A stretch of DNA of 64,000 nt from NCBI GenBank assembly GCA_965229245.1, contig CBDDIW010000005.1, positions 334,618-398,617 on the forward strand, written 5' to 3'. Made by a program: the position numbers and the translations under genes. The stretch is from Verrucomicrobiales bacterium (GTDB lineage: Bacteria; Verrucomicrobiota; Verrucomicrobiia; Verrucomicrobiales; V1-33). Below the pieces are notes generated by a model that saw only the letters and a program-made list of their open reading frames with translations, made no database searches and was not told where the DNA came from. Below are positions 27,343 through 37,632 of this stretch, one piece after another (within the stretch, counting starts at the first letter, position 1; the number at the start of each line of letters is the position of its first letter).

Positions 27343-28281
27343 TTACGAAAAGTGCTTCCGGAGAACCTCCAGGCTCTTCGGCACGGCAGTGAGGGGATCC
27401 TCCTTGCCTTCCATTTCCAGGGAGAGGTAGCCGCGATAGCCGCTCTCCCGCATGATGGTGGCGATGCGGGCGTAGTCGAGGTCCAGGGAATACCAGAGAC
27501 CGCCGCCGTAGTAGGTCTTGCACTGGAGGAGCACGGTGCTGGGGGCCAGCTTTTTGAGGCGGTCGTAGGGGTCTTCGAGGAAGTTGCCGGTATCCAGGGT
27601 CACCTGGAGCCAGGGGCTCTTGATGGCGTCCACCACACGCATGACGCCCTCGGCGGTGATGCCGAGACCCCAGTGGTTTTCCAGGCCCATGACCACGCCG
27701 CGCTTTTCCGCTTCGGGGACCAGTTTTTCAAAGCTGTCGATCACCCACTTGAAACCCTCGTCGTCCGTGCGGCCTTCGAGCCGGGGCTCGATGCCGCGGT
27801 TCTTCATGAGCTCGTCGAAGTTCTTGCTGGTGCCCCATCTTCCGGTATTCACGCGGATGGTGGGGATTCCAAGCTCATAGGCCTGTTCCAGAAACTGCGT
27901 GGTCTTCAGAATGTTATCCGTGCGCTTGTCGGCATCCGGCGTCAGGAAGGTCTGGTGGGTGGAGAAGCCCATGAGGTCCAGCCCCAGGGTGAACGCGCGG
28001 CGTTTGATATTCCTCAGGGCGGCGGGACTGGTGTCCGTCATCTGCACCTGAAGGATCTCCACGCCGTCAAAGCCCATGCCCGCGGCGGCCTCCAGGCACT
28101 TATCGATGGGACGCCATTTTGCCGATCCTTCGTCAAAGTGCCAGAAGGAGTAAGTGCTGACGCCGATCCGGTATTTATGCGCCTGGGCGGCGGGGACCGG
28201 AGGGACTTCCGCGTCCGCCGCCCTCAAGCGGCTGGCGGCAAAAAGAGCGGGAGCGGCGGCGAGAAGGTGACGGCGGTTCAT
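27343..28281 (-). CDS. Sugar phosphate isomerase/epimerase (xylose-isomerase-like TIM barrel) with a twin-arginine signal
   Basis: TAT-like N-terminus MNRRHLLAAAPALFAASRLRA. TIM-barrel family stretches GFDGVEI, TIRVNTGRWG, LENHWG, DTGNF. Confidence 0.85.
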   Translation of the reverse strand: MNRRHLLAAAPALFAASRLRAADAEVPPVPAAQAHKYRIGVSTYSFWHFDEGSAKWRPIDKCLEAAAGMGFDGVEILQVQMTDTSPAALRNIKRRAFTLGLDLMGFSTHQTFLTPDADKRTDNILKTTQFLEQAYELGIPTIRVNTGRWGTSKNFDELMKNRGIEPRLEGRTDDEGFKWVIDSFEKLVPEAEKRGVVMGLENHWGLGITAEGVMRVVDAIKSPWLQVTLDTGNFLEDPYDRLKKLAPSTVLLQCKTYYGGGLWYSLDLDYARIATIMRESGYRGYLSLEMEGKEDPLTAVPKSLEVLRKHFS

Positions 28282-28365
28282 GACGGGAGTGATAGCGGAG
28301 CAGGCGGGGAAGAAAACTTCAAAATTCAGATTTCGGGTATTGATCCGGTTTCTCCTGGCGGGCGT

Positions 28366-30753
28366 TCAACGCAGAGCCGCGGGGAGCGCCCGGAGTGCGG
28401 GCAGGCGCATGACGGGATCGTCCAGCAGGTCCTGAATGAGAGTGCGGACTTCCGGGTCCTTCCCGGTCAGCAACGTCTGGAGGGCCAGCTCCCGGCGCTC
28501 CACGGGGAGGGCGGCATCCTTCACCTGCTGGCGGAGGCGGGGGAAGGCGCGCTTGTCGCCATAGGAAACTGCCAGGGCTTCGCGGAGATCCGAGATTTCG
28601 GCGGTCAGGTCTTTGGCATCCGCGCGGCGCTTCAGAATGTCATCGATATTCGCATAGGCACCGTCCCATTCTTTGGGCGGAGTTTCACCGGACCGCCCTT
28701 TGAGACCCTGGAGGGCGGCTTTCATGAGATACACCGCGCCCGCGCCGGTCTTTTCCTTGCCCAGCGCCGCGATGAGGTGCGGCACGCCACCCTCCGCCTC
28801 CGCGAGGCGACGGGCGATGTTCTGGGAAACGAGGGGAATTTGGGATTTGGCCGCGAGTTCCAGAGCTTTGTCAGGATCTGCCGGCACGAGGGGCTCGATG
28901 GCATACCAGTACATCTGCGGGAGATTGTGGTCCTTCACGTCCTCCCCATGGGAAATGAGAGCTTCCGCGATGGGCCAGCGGTCCTTGAGCGGGAGGCGCT
29001 GGAGGGCGCTGGCGAGGGCGAGGCGTACTCTTCGGGGGGACTGTATTGCAGGCTCATCCTCATGTTTGCCGTCGGAAGCTAATCTCTGGAGATTCTGCAG
29101 AACCCTCGTGGATACAGGCATCCGCAGGTTCCCTATCGCGGAGGCCACCGCATCCGTGCTCCTCCTGTTATTAGCATCGTTTTCCAGCCACGTATCCATT
29201 GCTTCCAGCGCCTCCTTTTCCATATCACCGGAAATTTGCCCCAGGGCATAAAAATAGAACGGATGATCGATTCTCCCTTCGATCGCGGTCAGCTTTCGAG
29301 TCTCTTTGTCGGTGCCTGTTCCATTAAAAGAAACGGACAGCTTTCGTAACATGGCATCCGCTTTATGCCGCCCGTCCTGAGGAGTCTCATACAGTGCTTT
29401 CAGCGCCATGCGGGCATGCCAGCCAGTCCGGGACGCCATCTCATCAGTCCAGAAAAGCGCTCTCAAATCCGATGGCGAACCCGGCTTCCACGGCTTCCAC
29501 GTTTTATCATACTTCACGCGATAGATCCGCCCATTGCTGCGGTCCCATACCTCCGGCTGCGGGCGGTGGCATTTTTCCCGGTCATACCAGTCGATGAAAT
29601 ACAGCGCGCCGTCCGGCCCCACCTTGAGGGCCACGCCAGTGAAGTTGGCATCGTTGGCTTTCAGGAAATCCGGAGCGGCCTTTGCCACGTAGCCGGAGCC
29701 CTCCGGCACCAGCAGTTGCTGATTGATGCGTTTCCCATGGATGTTGAAGAGCATGGGGCGACCGCGGTATTCAGGCGGGAAGTTATCCCCGTTGTAGATG
29801 CAAAGCCCGCAGTGCGCGTGACCGCCGCCCGCGGCATCGCTCACGCCATTGCCGCTGTGCGGGGTATTTCCTATGTAGTGCAAATGGTCCGCGATGGTCT
29901 CTATGTTCGTATATACATAGGGATTGTAATGGCCCAGCGGATTGCTCTGGCGCAGGTAGTAACCGCCCTGGATGATGTGCCAGAAGTGGGGAATCACGCA
30001 GGCCTCGCTGAACCAGTCACCGTATTCGTTGCAATCAAAGCCCCAGGAATTGGATGTGCCGGAGGCGTAGATTTCGAAGGTTTTCCGCACCGGATGAAAC
30101 CGCCAGTAGGCGCAGTTGAGCGGGACGCGCTGTTCCTTCGGGGTGCCAGGCGCGCCCACGCTGCTGTAGGTAAAGACCCCGTGGCAGCCGTAGAGCCAGC
30201 CGTCCGGTCCCCAGATGAAGCTGTTCAGCGTTTCGTGGGTGTCCTGGTAGCCCCAGCCGTCCAGAAGGATCTCCGGCGCGCCGTCCGGTTTGTCATCGCC
30301 GTCCCGGTCCGGGATAAAAAGAAGATAGGGAGCCGCGCCCACATACACACCGCCATAGCCGATCTCAATGCCGGAGACGAGATTCAAATGCTCCACGAAG
30401 ACCTTCCGGGTCTCGAATTTCCCGTCCCCGTCCGCGTCCTCGAAAATCAGGATGCGGTCGTCCCCGCCGAGGATGTCCTTCAACTGCGCCTCTCCCGGCT
30501 TCGTGGAGTCTCCCGCCACGGGCTTGCCGCGGCGCGTGGGATAGGTCATGCCCTCCACCACCCAGATGCGCCCGCGCGCGTCCCAGCAGAAAGCGATGGG
30601 CTGCACGATGTCCGGCTCCGCCGCGATGAGGTCCACGCTGAAGCCCTCCGGCACGGTCATCTTTGCCCGGGCCTCCTCCGGTGAGAGCAGCGGATCCGCG
30701 TGAGTGGCGGAGAGGCCCAGCAGGAAAGCGGCGAGGATCGGGCGGAACGTCAT
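28366..30753 (-). CDS. Membrane-bound-dehydrogenase-domain (PVC-type) beta-propeller protein with C-terminal HEAT-like repeats; no CxxCH motif seen
   Basis: Signal peptide MTFRPILAAFLLGLSATHA (start set at ATG 30753). Family-typical DLIAAEPDIVQPIAFCWDARGRIWVVEG, DGDGKFE, GPDGWLY. The helical-repeat C-terminus ends LPALRALPAALR. Confidence 0.78.
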   Translation of the reverse strand: MTFRPILAAFLLGLSATHADPLLSPEEARAKMTVPEGFSVDLIAAEPDIVQPIAFCWDARGRIWVVEGMTYPTRRGKPVAGDSTKPGEAQLKDILGGDDRILIFEDADGDGKFETRKVFVEHLNLVSGIEIGYGGVYVGAAPYLLFIPDRDGDDKPDGAPEILLDGWGYQDTHETLNSFIWGPDGWLYGCHGVFTYSSVGAPGTPKEQRVPLNCAYWRFHPVRKTFEIYASGTSNSWGFDCNEYGDWFSEACVIPHFWHIIQGGYYLRQSNPLGHYNPYVYTNIETIADHLHYIGNTPHSGNGVSDAAGGGHAHCGLCIYNGDNFPPEYRGRPMLFNIHGKRINQQLLVPEGSGYVAKAAPDFLKANDANFTGVALKVGPDGALYFIDWYDREKCHRPQPEVWDRSNGRIYRVKYDKTWKPWKPGSPSDLRALFWTDEMASRTGWHARMALKALYETPQDGRHKADAMLRKLSVSFNGTGTDKETRKLTAIEGRIDHPFYFYALGQISGDMEKEALEAMDTWLENDANNRRSTDAVASAIGNLRMPVSTRVLQNLQRLASDGKHEDEPAIQSPRRVRLALASALQRLPLKDRWPIAEALISHGEDVKDHNLPQMYWYAIEPLVPADPDKALELAAKSQIPLVSQNIARRLAEAEGGVPHLIAALGKEKTGAGAVYLMKAALQGLKGRSGETPPKEWDGAYANIDDILKRRADAKDLTAEISDLREALAVSYGDKRAFPRLRQQVKDAALPVERRELALQTLLTGKDPEVRTLIQDLLDDPVMRLPALRALPAALR

Positions 30754-30948
30754 GAGAGGAGTGTGAGCATGGGATGGCAAAACACAAGTCCCCTCCATGT
30801 CACGCAAGCCTGTGTGGTGAGGGAGAGTGCGGCGTTGGGGCAAGGGGTGGTCTGGTCTGCCGGGGCAAGCCCCAGCCTGTACAGCGGCGGCGAGCCGCAC
30901 GCCGTCCACGGCGCTGCGCGCTGCCTCTTGAGAAAGAGAAGGCCCCGC

Positions 30949-33900
30949 TCAGTGGTTGAAGAGAAACGCCGGATTATTGATGAGCGCCCAGGTGAGGTCC
31001 TGGGCGGCGGTGAGGCGCTTTTTCTGAAGCTGTCCGGCGCTGAGTCCCACGTCCCGGCGCAGAGCGGCCAGGGAGGGGTCCACGGGGAGAGGCTGCATGG
31101 CTTTGGCCAGCTTCATCTTCAGGGCTTCGGTGCCGGCATCCGGGGGGAGAGGCTTCGAAGCTTCGGCAAGGGCGGCGGTCTTCACGATCATCCCGGCATC
31201 CGTGGCTTTCAGGTGGGCCACGAGAATCCCGGTCTGCTCCGGCGTCCGCTTTTCCGGAGGCACGGCCAGGGTTTCCACCACCGGCGAGGGCAGGCCGAAG
31301 TCCACGGGCGCGGGGGATCCGGTGAGGGCCAGGCGGAAGCGGCCCAGGAGGTGCTTTCCATCGGTAAACTGCTGGCGGAGAACGATCTTCACCGTCCCCC
31401 CGGTAGCTCCCAGGGTGACAGGGTCCTTGCAGCGGAGCACGGCGGTCTGCGGTTTGCCCACTCCATCTGGAACGATAGCCCAGCCGTCCGGCTCGCCGCC
31501 CACCTTGCCATTGATGGCATTTTTGATCTCGTAGCTTCCCTGGTTGTAGGTGGCCACGGCGTCATTGAAGACAATCATTTGCGGCTGGCCGCCATCCGGC
31601 GTCCAGGTGGCCTCGATCTCACTCACCACAAAATTCCCGCCGCCACTGCGACCGGGGCCGTTCATGGGAATGCGGGCATCCGTCAGCGCCTCAAGACGCA
31701 GTCCGGTGATGACCGGCAGCGTGGTCCGGGCGGTCACCGTGTAGTCCTGTTTCCCCTCCGCGCCGAGCGCCAGAATGGAAAGGTCCGGCTGCTTCTCCAG
31801 CTTGTTCGCCTTTTTGGAACTCACGGCCTCAGCGGCATCCAGCACCACCCAGGCGGTCTGGTTCTTCCCCAGCGAGGCCTCCCACGCGGGCAATCCGGCG
31901 GACACGGCATTCCCGGCGTCCGTCAGGGCCTTTTGGGCGGCGTCTATTTTCTCCTGACGCTGCTTCATGGCCGCAGCCAGCTTTGGCGCGAGAGCCGCCT
32001 CATACGCGGCTTGCTCCGCCTTCACGGCATCGATGCCCGCCTGCCGCTCCTTTTCCCTCTGTTCCAGGACGGGCTTCATTTTCTCCTCCAAGGCCACGAG
32101 ATCCGCGGCCATGCCGTGATGCTCGCCCTCCATCTCCGCGAGGGCGGCGGCGGCGGTGCGGCTTTCCCCCTCCGAGGGCGGACGGTTGAGGACGCGCATG
32201 AAGATCTCCCGCACCAGTTGGGTATCGTCCTTCACGGCGTCCACCATTTTGGCGAGAGCATTCCCCTCGGCGGAAACCGCGTCCCCCACGGTGGGGCCGG
32301 AAATGAGAGCCATGATGGGGCCCAGCTGAAGATCGCCGTGGCGTTCACACTCACAGGAACTCTCCCGGGCGGGCTTGCCGAGGTTGTTCAAAAACCCGTC
32401 CGGCGTGGCGGACTGGCTATCCGCCAGTTGCGCGGCGCGCACGTTCCCCGGCAGGATGGATTTCGCCCCAGTGACGGCGAAAATAGCATCATAGAGCACC
32501 TCCGCCGGAAGCCGCCGGGCGATGGCGTGGCTGTAGTTGATGGTGTCGTCCTCGTTCCAGCGGTTCGTCTGGAGGGAAAGCTGATAGGTGCGGCTGCGGC
32601 AGATCGCACGAATGAGATGCCGGGTATCGAACCCGTGCGCGATGAAGTCCTGCGTGAGCCACTTCAACAGCTCCGGATTGCTCGGTGGATTCCCCGCGCG
32701 GATGTCATCCAGCGGCTCGATGATCCCCGTGCCGGTGAGATAGCCCCACACGCGGTTCACATAACTGGAGGCGAAATACTGATTGTCCGCGCTGGTGATC
32801 CACGCCGCCAGTTCATCGCGGCGGGAGGCGTTTTCCGCTTTGTCGTGCTTCGCGGGGTATGGGAATGCCGGGGGCGTCACCTTGCCCGTGCGGTCGTGCT
32901 TCACCTCACCCGCCGGGCTGTTGAGCACCATTTCATAGAAGGGCTTCGCGCCCTCCACATCCGTCCCGCCGATGCGGCGGTCCCCGCTGGCGGGATCAGC
33001 CTCCAGCTTCACGCGGGCGAACCAGGCGGCCATTTCATAATACTGATCCTGCGTCCACCGCTCGAAGGGGTGGTCGTGGCACTTGTTGCAGTTGAACCGG
33101 GTGGCAAGAAACAGATGGGTGGTGTTTTCCATCGTCTCCGCGGGATCGCGCAGGATCTTGAAATAACCGGCGGGTGGCACCTCGCGGTTCGAGCCCGTGG
33201 CTGTGAGGATGCTCCGGGCAAAGCGGTCGTAGGGCACATTCTCCTTCACCTGGGAGCGCACCCAGTCGCGCAGGCCCTTCGCCCCTTCCCCGCCCAGGAA
33301 CTTGCTGTTCACCTGGAGGAGATCGCACCATTTGTTCGTCCAGTGGTCCACGAATTCCTCCGAGGCCATGAGGCGGTCGATGAGTTCCTCCCGCTTCCAG
33401 CGGGAATCCCGGGGATCGTTTACAAACGGCTGGATGACCTCCGGCGCGGGCGGCAGGCCGGTGAGGTCGAGATAGACGCGGCGGATGAACTCCAGGTCCG
33501 TGCAGAGGCCGGAGGAGAGCGTCTTCATGCGCTGGAGTTTCGCGGCCACCAGTTCATCGATGGGGCTGTTCGCCGGAGGCTGTTCCCACGCAAAGCCCGA
33601 GCGGTCCCCCATGACGGTGAGCACCGTGGAGGCGTAGGTGCCCTCGTAGCGGGCCAGCACCGGAGCCTCCCCGCGCCGGGCGGCGGAGAGCAGGCCCGTG
33701 CGGTCATGCTTCGCGATGTCCATGTTCCCGCTCTCGATGAACGACTCCTGCGTCACGTCCCGCTGAAGGCCGTCCGCGTAGGTGGCGAGAAGGCGGAACT
33801 GCTGCCGTCCGCCGATCTTCTGCACCACGGGATTCGCGGGCGTGAGTTCGATCTTCGTCACCCGGGGCGTCTCCAGGTTCAGCTTCATGCCCGCCGCGAT

Positions 33901-34578
33901 CCACGCGCGGACGATGCGGTAATACTTGTCCCCCTGCTTCATCACCTGCCCGCCTTCGTGCGGCACCCCCGCCGTGCCCTTCAGGAGCATGAGGGATTCA
34001 TCCGCGCTGGCCACGTTCGTGCGGCGGCCCTTCACATCATCCGTGAAGGCGCGGATGTCATAGATGGGATCGTAACCCCGCAGGCTGAGCTTGAACCCCG
34101 CCTTCCCCTCCTTCGCCCCGTGGCAGGTGCCCGCGTTACAGCCCATGCGGGAAATGACCGGCGTCACGTCGCGGATGTAATCCGGCGCGAGTTCTGCCCC
34201 GCTGCCACTCACCGTCACCGGAGCCTCCGCGGAGAGGCCGCCCAACGTCACCTTCAGCCTCCCCCTTCCGTCCCCTTTGGCCGTCAAAATCCCCGAAGGT
34301 GAAACCTCCGCGCCCTCCGCCGTCCACGTCACCGCCCGCGTGGCGTCCGCCACCGTGCCGTCCTTCATGGTGGCCGTCACCAGCACCTGGACATAAGCCG
34401 AGGGGCCGGTGAGCTTCAGCTCCGCCGGTTCCACCTTCAGCCCCGCCACCTCCCCCGCCAGCGGCAGCACCTCCGGCAGGACGTCTCCGCCGGGAGCCAT
34501 GCTTTCAGCCCTGGAGAGGGCCACTGAAAACACCGGGACGGCGGCCAGGGAAAGTAGAAGGGTTTTCATAAGGGACAT
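30949..34578 (-). CDS. DUF1549/DUF1553 (PSCyt2/PSD1) domain protein with an N-terminal Big_2 Ig domain and a long coiled coil
   Basis: Signal peptide. MGCNAGTCHGAKEGKAGFKLSLRGYDP, DUF1549-like FIRRVYLDLTGLPP, DUF1553-like ATRFNCNKCHDHPFERWTQDQYY. Confidence 0.85.
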   Translation of the reverse strand: MSLMKTLLLSLAAVPVFSVALSRAESMAPGGDVLPEVLPLAGEVAGLKVEPAELKLTGPSAYVQVLVTATMKDGTVADATRAVTWTAEGAEVSPSGILTAKGDGRGRLKVTLGGLSAEAPVTVSGSGAELAPDYIRDVTPVISRMGCNAGTCHGAKEGKAGFKLSLRGYDPIYDIRAFTDDVKGRRTNVASADESLMLLKGTAGVPHEGGQVMKQGDKYYRIVRAWIAAGMKLNLETPRVTKIELTPANPVVQKIGGRQQFRLLATYADGLQRDVTQESFIESGNMDIAKHDRTGLLSAARRGEAPVLARYEGTYASTVLTVMGDRSGFAWEQPPANSPIDELVAAKLQRMKTLSSGLCTDLEFIRRVYLDLTGLPPAPEVIQPFVNDPRDSRWKREELIDRLMASEEFVDHWTNKWCDLLQVNSKFLGGEGAKGLRDWVRSQVKENVPYDRFARSILTATGSNREVPPAGYFKILRDPAETMENTTHLFLATRFNCNKCHDHPFERWTQDQYYEMAAWFARVKLEADPASGDRRIGGTDVEGAKPFYEMVLNSPAGEVKHDRTGKVTPPAFPYPAKHDKAENASRRDELAAWITSADNQYFASSYVNRVWGYLTGTGIIEPLDDIRAGNPPSNPELLKWLTQDFIAHGFDTRHLIRAICRSRTYQLSLQTNRWNEDDTINYSHAIARRLPAEVLYDAIFAVTGAKSILPGNVRAAQLADSQSATPDGFLNNLGKPARESSCECERHGDLQLGPIMALISGPTVGDAVSAEGNALAKMVDAVKDDTQLVREIFMRVLNRPPSEGESRTAAAALAEMEGEHHGMAADLVALEEKMKPVLEQREKERQAGIDAVKAEQAAYEAALAPKLAAAMKQRQEKIDAAQKALTDAGNAVSAGLPAWEASLGKNQTAWVVLDAAEAVSSKKANKLEKQPDLSILALGAEGKQDYTVTARTTLPVITGLRLEALTDARIPMNGPGRSGGGNFVVSEIEATWTPDGGQPQMIVFNDAVATYNQGSYEIKNAINGKVGGEPDGWAIVPDGVGKPQTAVLRCKDPVTLGATGGTVKIVLRQQFTDGKHLLGRFRLALTGSPAPVDFGLPSPVVETLAVPPEKRTPEQTGILVAHLKATDAGMIVKTAALAEASKPLPPDAGTEALKMKLAKAMQPLPVDPSLAALRRDVGLSAGQLQKKRLTAAQDLTWALINNPAFLFNH

Positions 34579-34867
34579 TAAACGCGATACGCTTCCCCTT
34601 CCTTCCCGTTTTCCGCCGCCCCGGCAATTCCGTAAGTCCGGCTAAGGGAATGGGAGGCCGGAAGGGTGCGGGGTGTTTTTCCATCCCACAGGTCCGGGGA
34701 TCAAAGTGGCGGCATTGCAAAGAACTTCGTCCTGGAGGGCTATTTGATCAGATTTGTTCAGGGTATTCATGTGGCCACAAAACGAAAACAATCCGTTTTA
34801 GACATAAAAATACCAATCCTGTCTCTACTCCTTTATACGGCATTGATCGTACTCGCGTCCATCCATA

Positions 34868-35161
34868 CTACTCCCTCCTCCTTTCCCGCGGCCTGGCGGC
34901 GCGCTTGAAGCACAAACCGATGATCATCCCCAGAATTCCCAGGGGGAAGGCGATTATCGGCCAGAACAAAGGACCGCCTATATCCCCGGAAGCAGCGGCA
35001 ATCATCAGGAGTACAAACGGGACCAGACACCCGCCGATGCCAGCCCCGCGGCAACCGTAGGTTTTTTGCCGCTGGACGGGTGTACCCACTCCGGCAACCG
35101 GCGGTGCATAGTGGTCACGAATGTCTGGTTGCCCGGGAACATGCCGGTCCTCGCTACTCAT
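34868..35161 (-). CDS. Small two-TM membrane protein (97 aa), hypothetical
   Basis: Start set at internal ATG 35161 (MSSEDRH...). Hydrophobic segments GGCLVPFVLLMIAAA and FWPIIAFPLGILGMIIGLCF. It follows the haloperoxidase-like gene on the same strand. Confidence 0.4.
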   Translation of the reverse strand: MSSEDRHVPGQPDIRDHYAPPVAGVGTPVQRQKTYGCRGAGIGGCLVPFVLLMIAAASGDIGGPLFWPIIAFPLGILGMIIGLCFKRAARPRERRRE

Positions 35162-35225
35162 GCCAGAGGATCGCGGGCCAAGTCCGGAAGTCATCCACAA
35201 AACAAGGACAGCCGGGAAACCCGCA

Positions 35226-36500
35226 TTACGGTTTACGGGATGGAGTCGAAGCTGCGGCGGGCAGTTTTTTCGCGCATTCCTCCAGGAGGTGTTTGCTGAC
35301 GCTGTTGCCGAGGTCGCGGGCGGTGTCGCAGGAGTAGGTGAAGTGGATGCCGCCGAAGACGCGACTGCGGCTGATCTCCGCGGCGCAGGAGGTGAAGGTC
35401 TCGAAGCGGCGGACCACGCCGGGGAGGGTGTCACTGGTCACGGAGAAGCTCACTTTATCCGTGCCGAAGAACGAGGCGAACACCGTGGCGGCGGCGTAGC
35501 TGAAGGCGCTGTGGCCGGAGACGTATTCCGGGTGGGGCGGGGTCTGGAGCAGGGGAGTCCAGGCGGCATCCTGGATGGTGAGGTCGTTGCCATCGGTATC
35601 GGCGGCGCGGATGGCGGTGACGGGACGCCAGGAGTTATACTGATATTTCCCGTCCCAGACCGCGATGCCCGCGTCCGCCATGGCCACGTTCAGGAGCATG
35701 AAAAGACGGCTGCTGTCCTCCACGCTCAGCTTCCGCTGCCGGGAGAGATCGCGGGCGATCTCATTCCAGTGGCCGGGGGGCGTGGAGGTGTAGCTGAAGT
35801 CCGACCAGAAGCGGGCGAATTCCGTCTGGTCCTTCGTGCGCTCCGCGGATTCCTTCACACCGAGACGCTTCACTTCATTGAAGGCTTCGGCGAACTTCGC
35901 GGAGTCCAGCGCGGGCGGCGCGGGGGGACGGAACTGGTCCGGCGATTTCAGGCTGAACGGTTTCACCGAACCCCAGTGCGGCATCTCCGGCGGACGAAGC
36001 GCGGAGGGCGTGCGCCGCCACTGACCGGGAGCGTCCTTTGGCACATAGTGCACCGTGGTGGAACTGCCGTCGTCCTTGCGGAATTCCAGCCAGGCCAGGG
36101 CCACCTCGCGGCCGGCGGCGGCACTTTGGAGGTCCGGCTGTTGGCCTTCCGCGACCGGTGGTTTGAGGACGGCGAAGTCCCCTTCCCTCGCGGGATAGAG
36201 GGCCTTACAAATGGTGAGCGCAGCCTCGCGGGCGGCGGTCTCCACGTTCTTCGGCGCGGTCTGTCCGGCGGGCAGCGGCAACCAGGTGGGCATGTCCGGG
36301 CGACAGGCGCGCGCGGCATCGTGCATGGCCAGGTGCAGGATGGCCAGGTTCCGGGCGGCGAGCACGGGGGACGGGGCCTCCGCTTTGAAGGCGCGGGTCA
36401 TGGCTTCATTCGCATCCTCCACCACTCCGGCGAAGGAGGGGAGAGGCAGGAGGGCGAGGAGCAGGCCAAGGCGGGGACGGGAGATGGAGGGAGAACGCAT
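35226..36500 (-). CDS. PAP2-superfamily / vanadium-dependent haloperoxidase-like protein
   Basis: Signal peptide. C-terminal acid-phosphatase/haloperoxidase motifs PPHPEYVSGHSAFSYAAA and SRVFGGIHFTYS. Confidence 0.75.
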   Translation of the reverse strand: MRSPSISRPRLGLLLALLPLPSFAGVVEDANEAMTRAFKAEAPSPVLAARNLAILHLAMHDAARACRPDMPTWLPLPAGQTAPKNVETAAREAALTICKALYPAREGDFAVLKPPVAEGQQPDLQSAAAGREVALAWLEFRKDDGSSTTVHYVPKDAPGQWRRTPSALRPPEMPHWGSVKPFSLKSPDQFRPPAPPALDSAKFAEAFNEVKRLGVKESAERTKDQTEFARFWSDFSYTSTPPGHWNEIARDLSRQRKLSVEDSSRLFMLLNVAMADAGIAVWDGKYQYNSWRPVTAIRAADTDGNDLTIQDAAWTPLLQTPPHPEYVSGHSAFSYAAATVFASFFGTDKVSFSVTSDTLPGVVRRFETFTSCAAEISRSRVFGGIHFTYSCDTARDLGNSVSKHLLEECAKKLPAAASTPSRKP

Positions 36501-36745
36501 GAGGGCGGGATGGTGTTTGAGATGGGGGCAGCCGTGGCGGAGGCTTTCAACCTCCGTCCGCCAGGCTTTCCCGCCACACGGGACGCAACCGGAGCCTGGA
36601 TACCCGTGGATGGTTTATTATTGATTCAGGTAATGTGTATCCTGGATTCCCTGACGGCTTTTCCGGCGGAGGGTGGTGTTTGCGGAGGGGAGTGCCGGGG
36701 CTGGCGGGGGCGTGGCGGACGGAGGTTGGAAACCTCCGCCACAGG

Positions 36746-37612
36746 TCAGGGCGTGGCTTTGCGAGTGACTTTGAGGCGGAGGAATTTCTCCCTGGCGTCC
36801 CCGGCGGGGACTTCGACGCGCATGGGGACGCTGGTGCCGTTTCCGGCACCCGTGGCGACCGCCGCCGGGCCGGGGGACCAGAGGAGAAGGTTTTCACTCA
36901 CCTCCGGCGTGAGGGTGATGCCCGGGGCCGCGATGGCCTGCCGGAAGTCCATGGTCAGCACCATCTGGAGCGAGCCATTGACCACGCGGGTCACCACACC
37001 GGCCACCGGTCTTTCCCCGGCTCCCGGCAGACGGGGATTCCCCCCCGTGCCGTATTCCAGGAGGTTCGGGATGCCATCGCCGTCAGGGTCGGCATCGTCA
37101 CCCGTGATGAGCCCGGCGGCCAGTTCCGCCGGGGTGAAGTATTGGGTTTTCCACGCCGAGACCGGGCCGTATTCCACGCCGGGAGCGCTCACCCGGGTCC
37201 CGTCCGCGAGGGCGAGGATGACATTGGAAACCGCAAACCCCGGGCCGCCCGCGGGCGCGCCGGACGCGATGAGCGCCGCCGCGTCCAGGACCACGCCCTT
37301 TGTCAGCGGCTGGTTTCCGGGATTGGAAACCACCACCCGTGTTTTGCCCGGGGCGATCTCCCGCGCCGCCGTGAGCGGCACCGGAGTGGCCCCCGCCGGA
37401 GCCGCCGCGGTGACCGTCAACTGCCCGGCGGTGTAGCTGATGTCGAACTGCAATCCCGTGACCGGGGACGCGCCTTTCAGCGCCACCGGCCAGCGGGCGG
37501 CGGCTCCCGGCGCGGCCTGGAGATCCTGGAGCACCAGAGTGTCCTGAGCGGCGGCATTCAGGGTGAGGACCGCCGCGAGGCAGCCCCAGCGTTTCAGAGA
37601 AGGCATCTTCAT
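36746..37612 (-). CDS. Secreted cohesin-like domain protein with a DPDGDG...FLRLKV C-terminal module
   Basis: Signal peptide MKMPSLKRWGCLAAVLTLNAAAQ. Cohesin-like beta-sandwich cues (WPVALKGASPVTGLQFDISYTAGQLTV...VVVSNPGN). The cohesin call is by eye only. The C-terminus has AWKTQYF...DADPDGDGIPNLLEYGTGGNP...KFLRLKVTR. Confidence 0.6.
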   Translation of the reverse strand: MKMPSLKRWGCLAAVLTLNAAAQDTLVLQDLQAAPGAAARWPVALKGASPVTGLQFDISYTAGQLTVTAAAPAGATPVPLTAAREIAPGKTRVVVSNPGNQPLTKGVVLDAAALIASGAPAGGPGFAVSNVILALADGTRVSAPGVEYGPVSAWKTQYFTPAELAAGLITGDDADPDGDGIPNLLEYGTGGNPRLPGAGERPVAGVVTRVVNGSLQMVLTMDFRQAIAAPGITLTPEVSENLLLWSPGPAAVATGAGNGTSVPMRVEVPAGDAREKFLRLKVTRKATP

Positions 37613-37632
37613 GGGGGACCTTTCTTCCCGTC

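Noticed and set aside
34720-34867. AT-richer stretch with a small AAAACG...CGTTTT hairpin, lying between the DUF1549/1553 gene start and the small membrane-protein gene.
   Set aside because: Its size and position fit an ordinary promoter/5'-UTR region for the DUF1549/1553 gene. It has no flanking repeats and no conserved RNA motif that I recognise.
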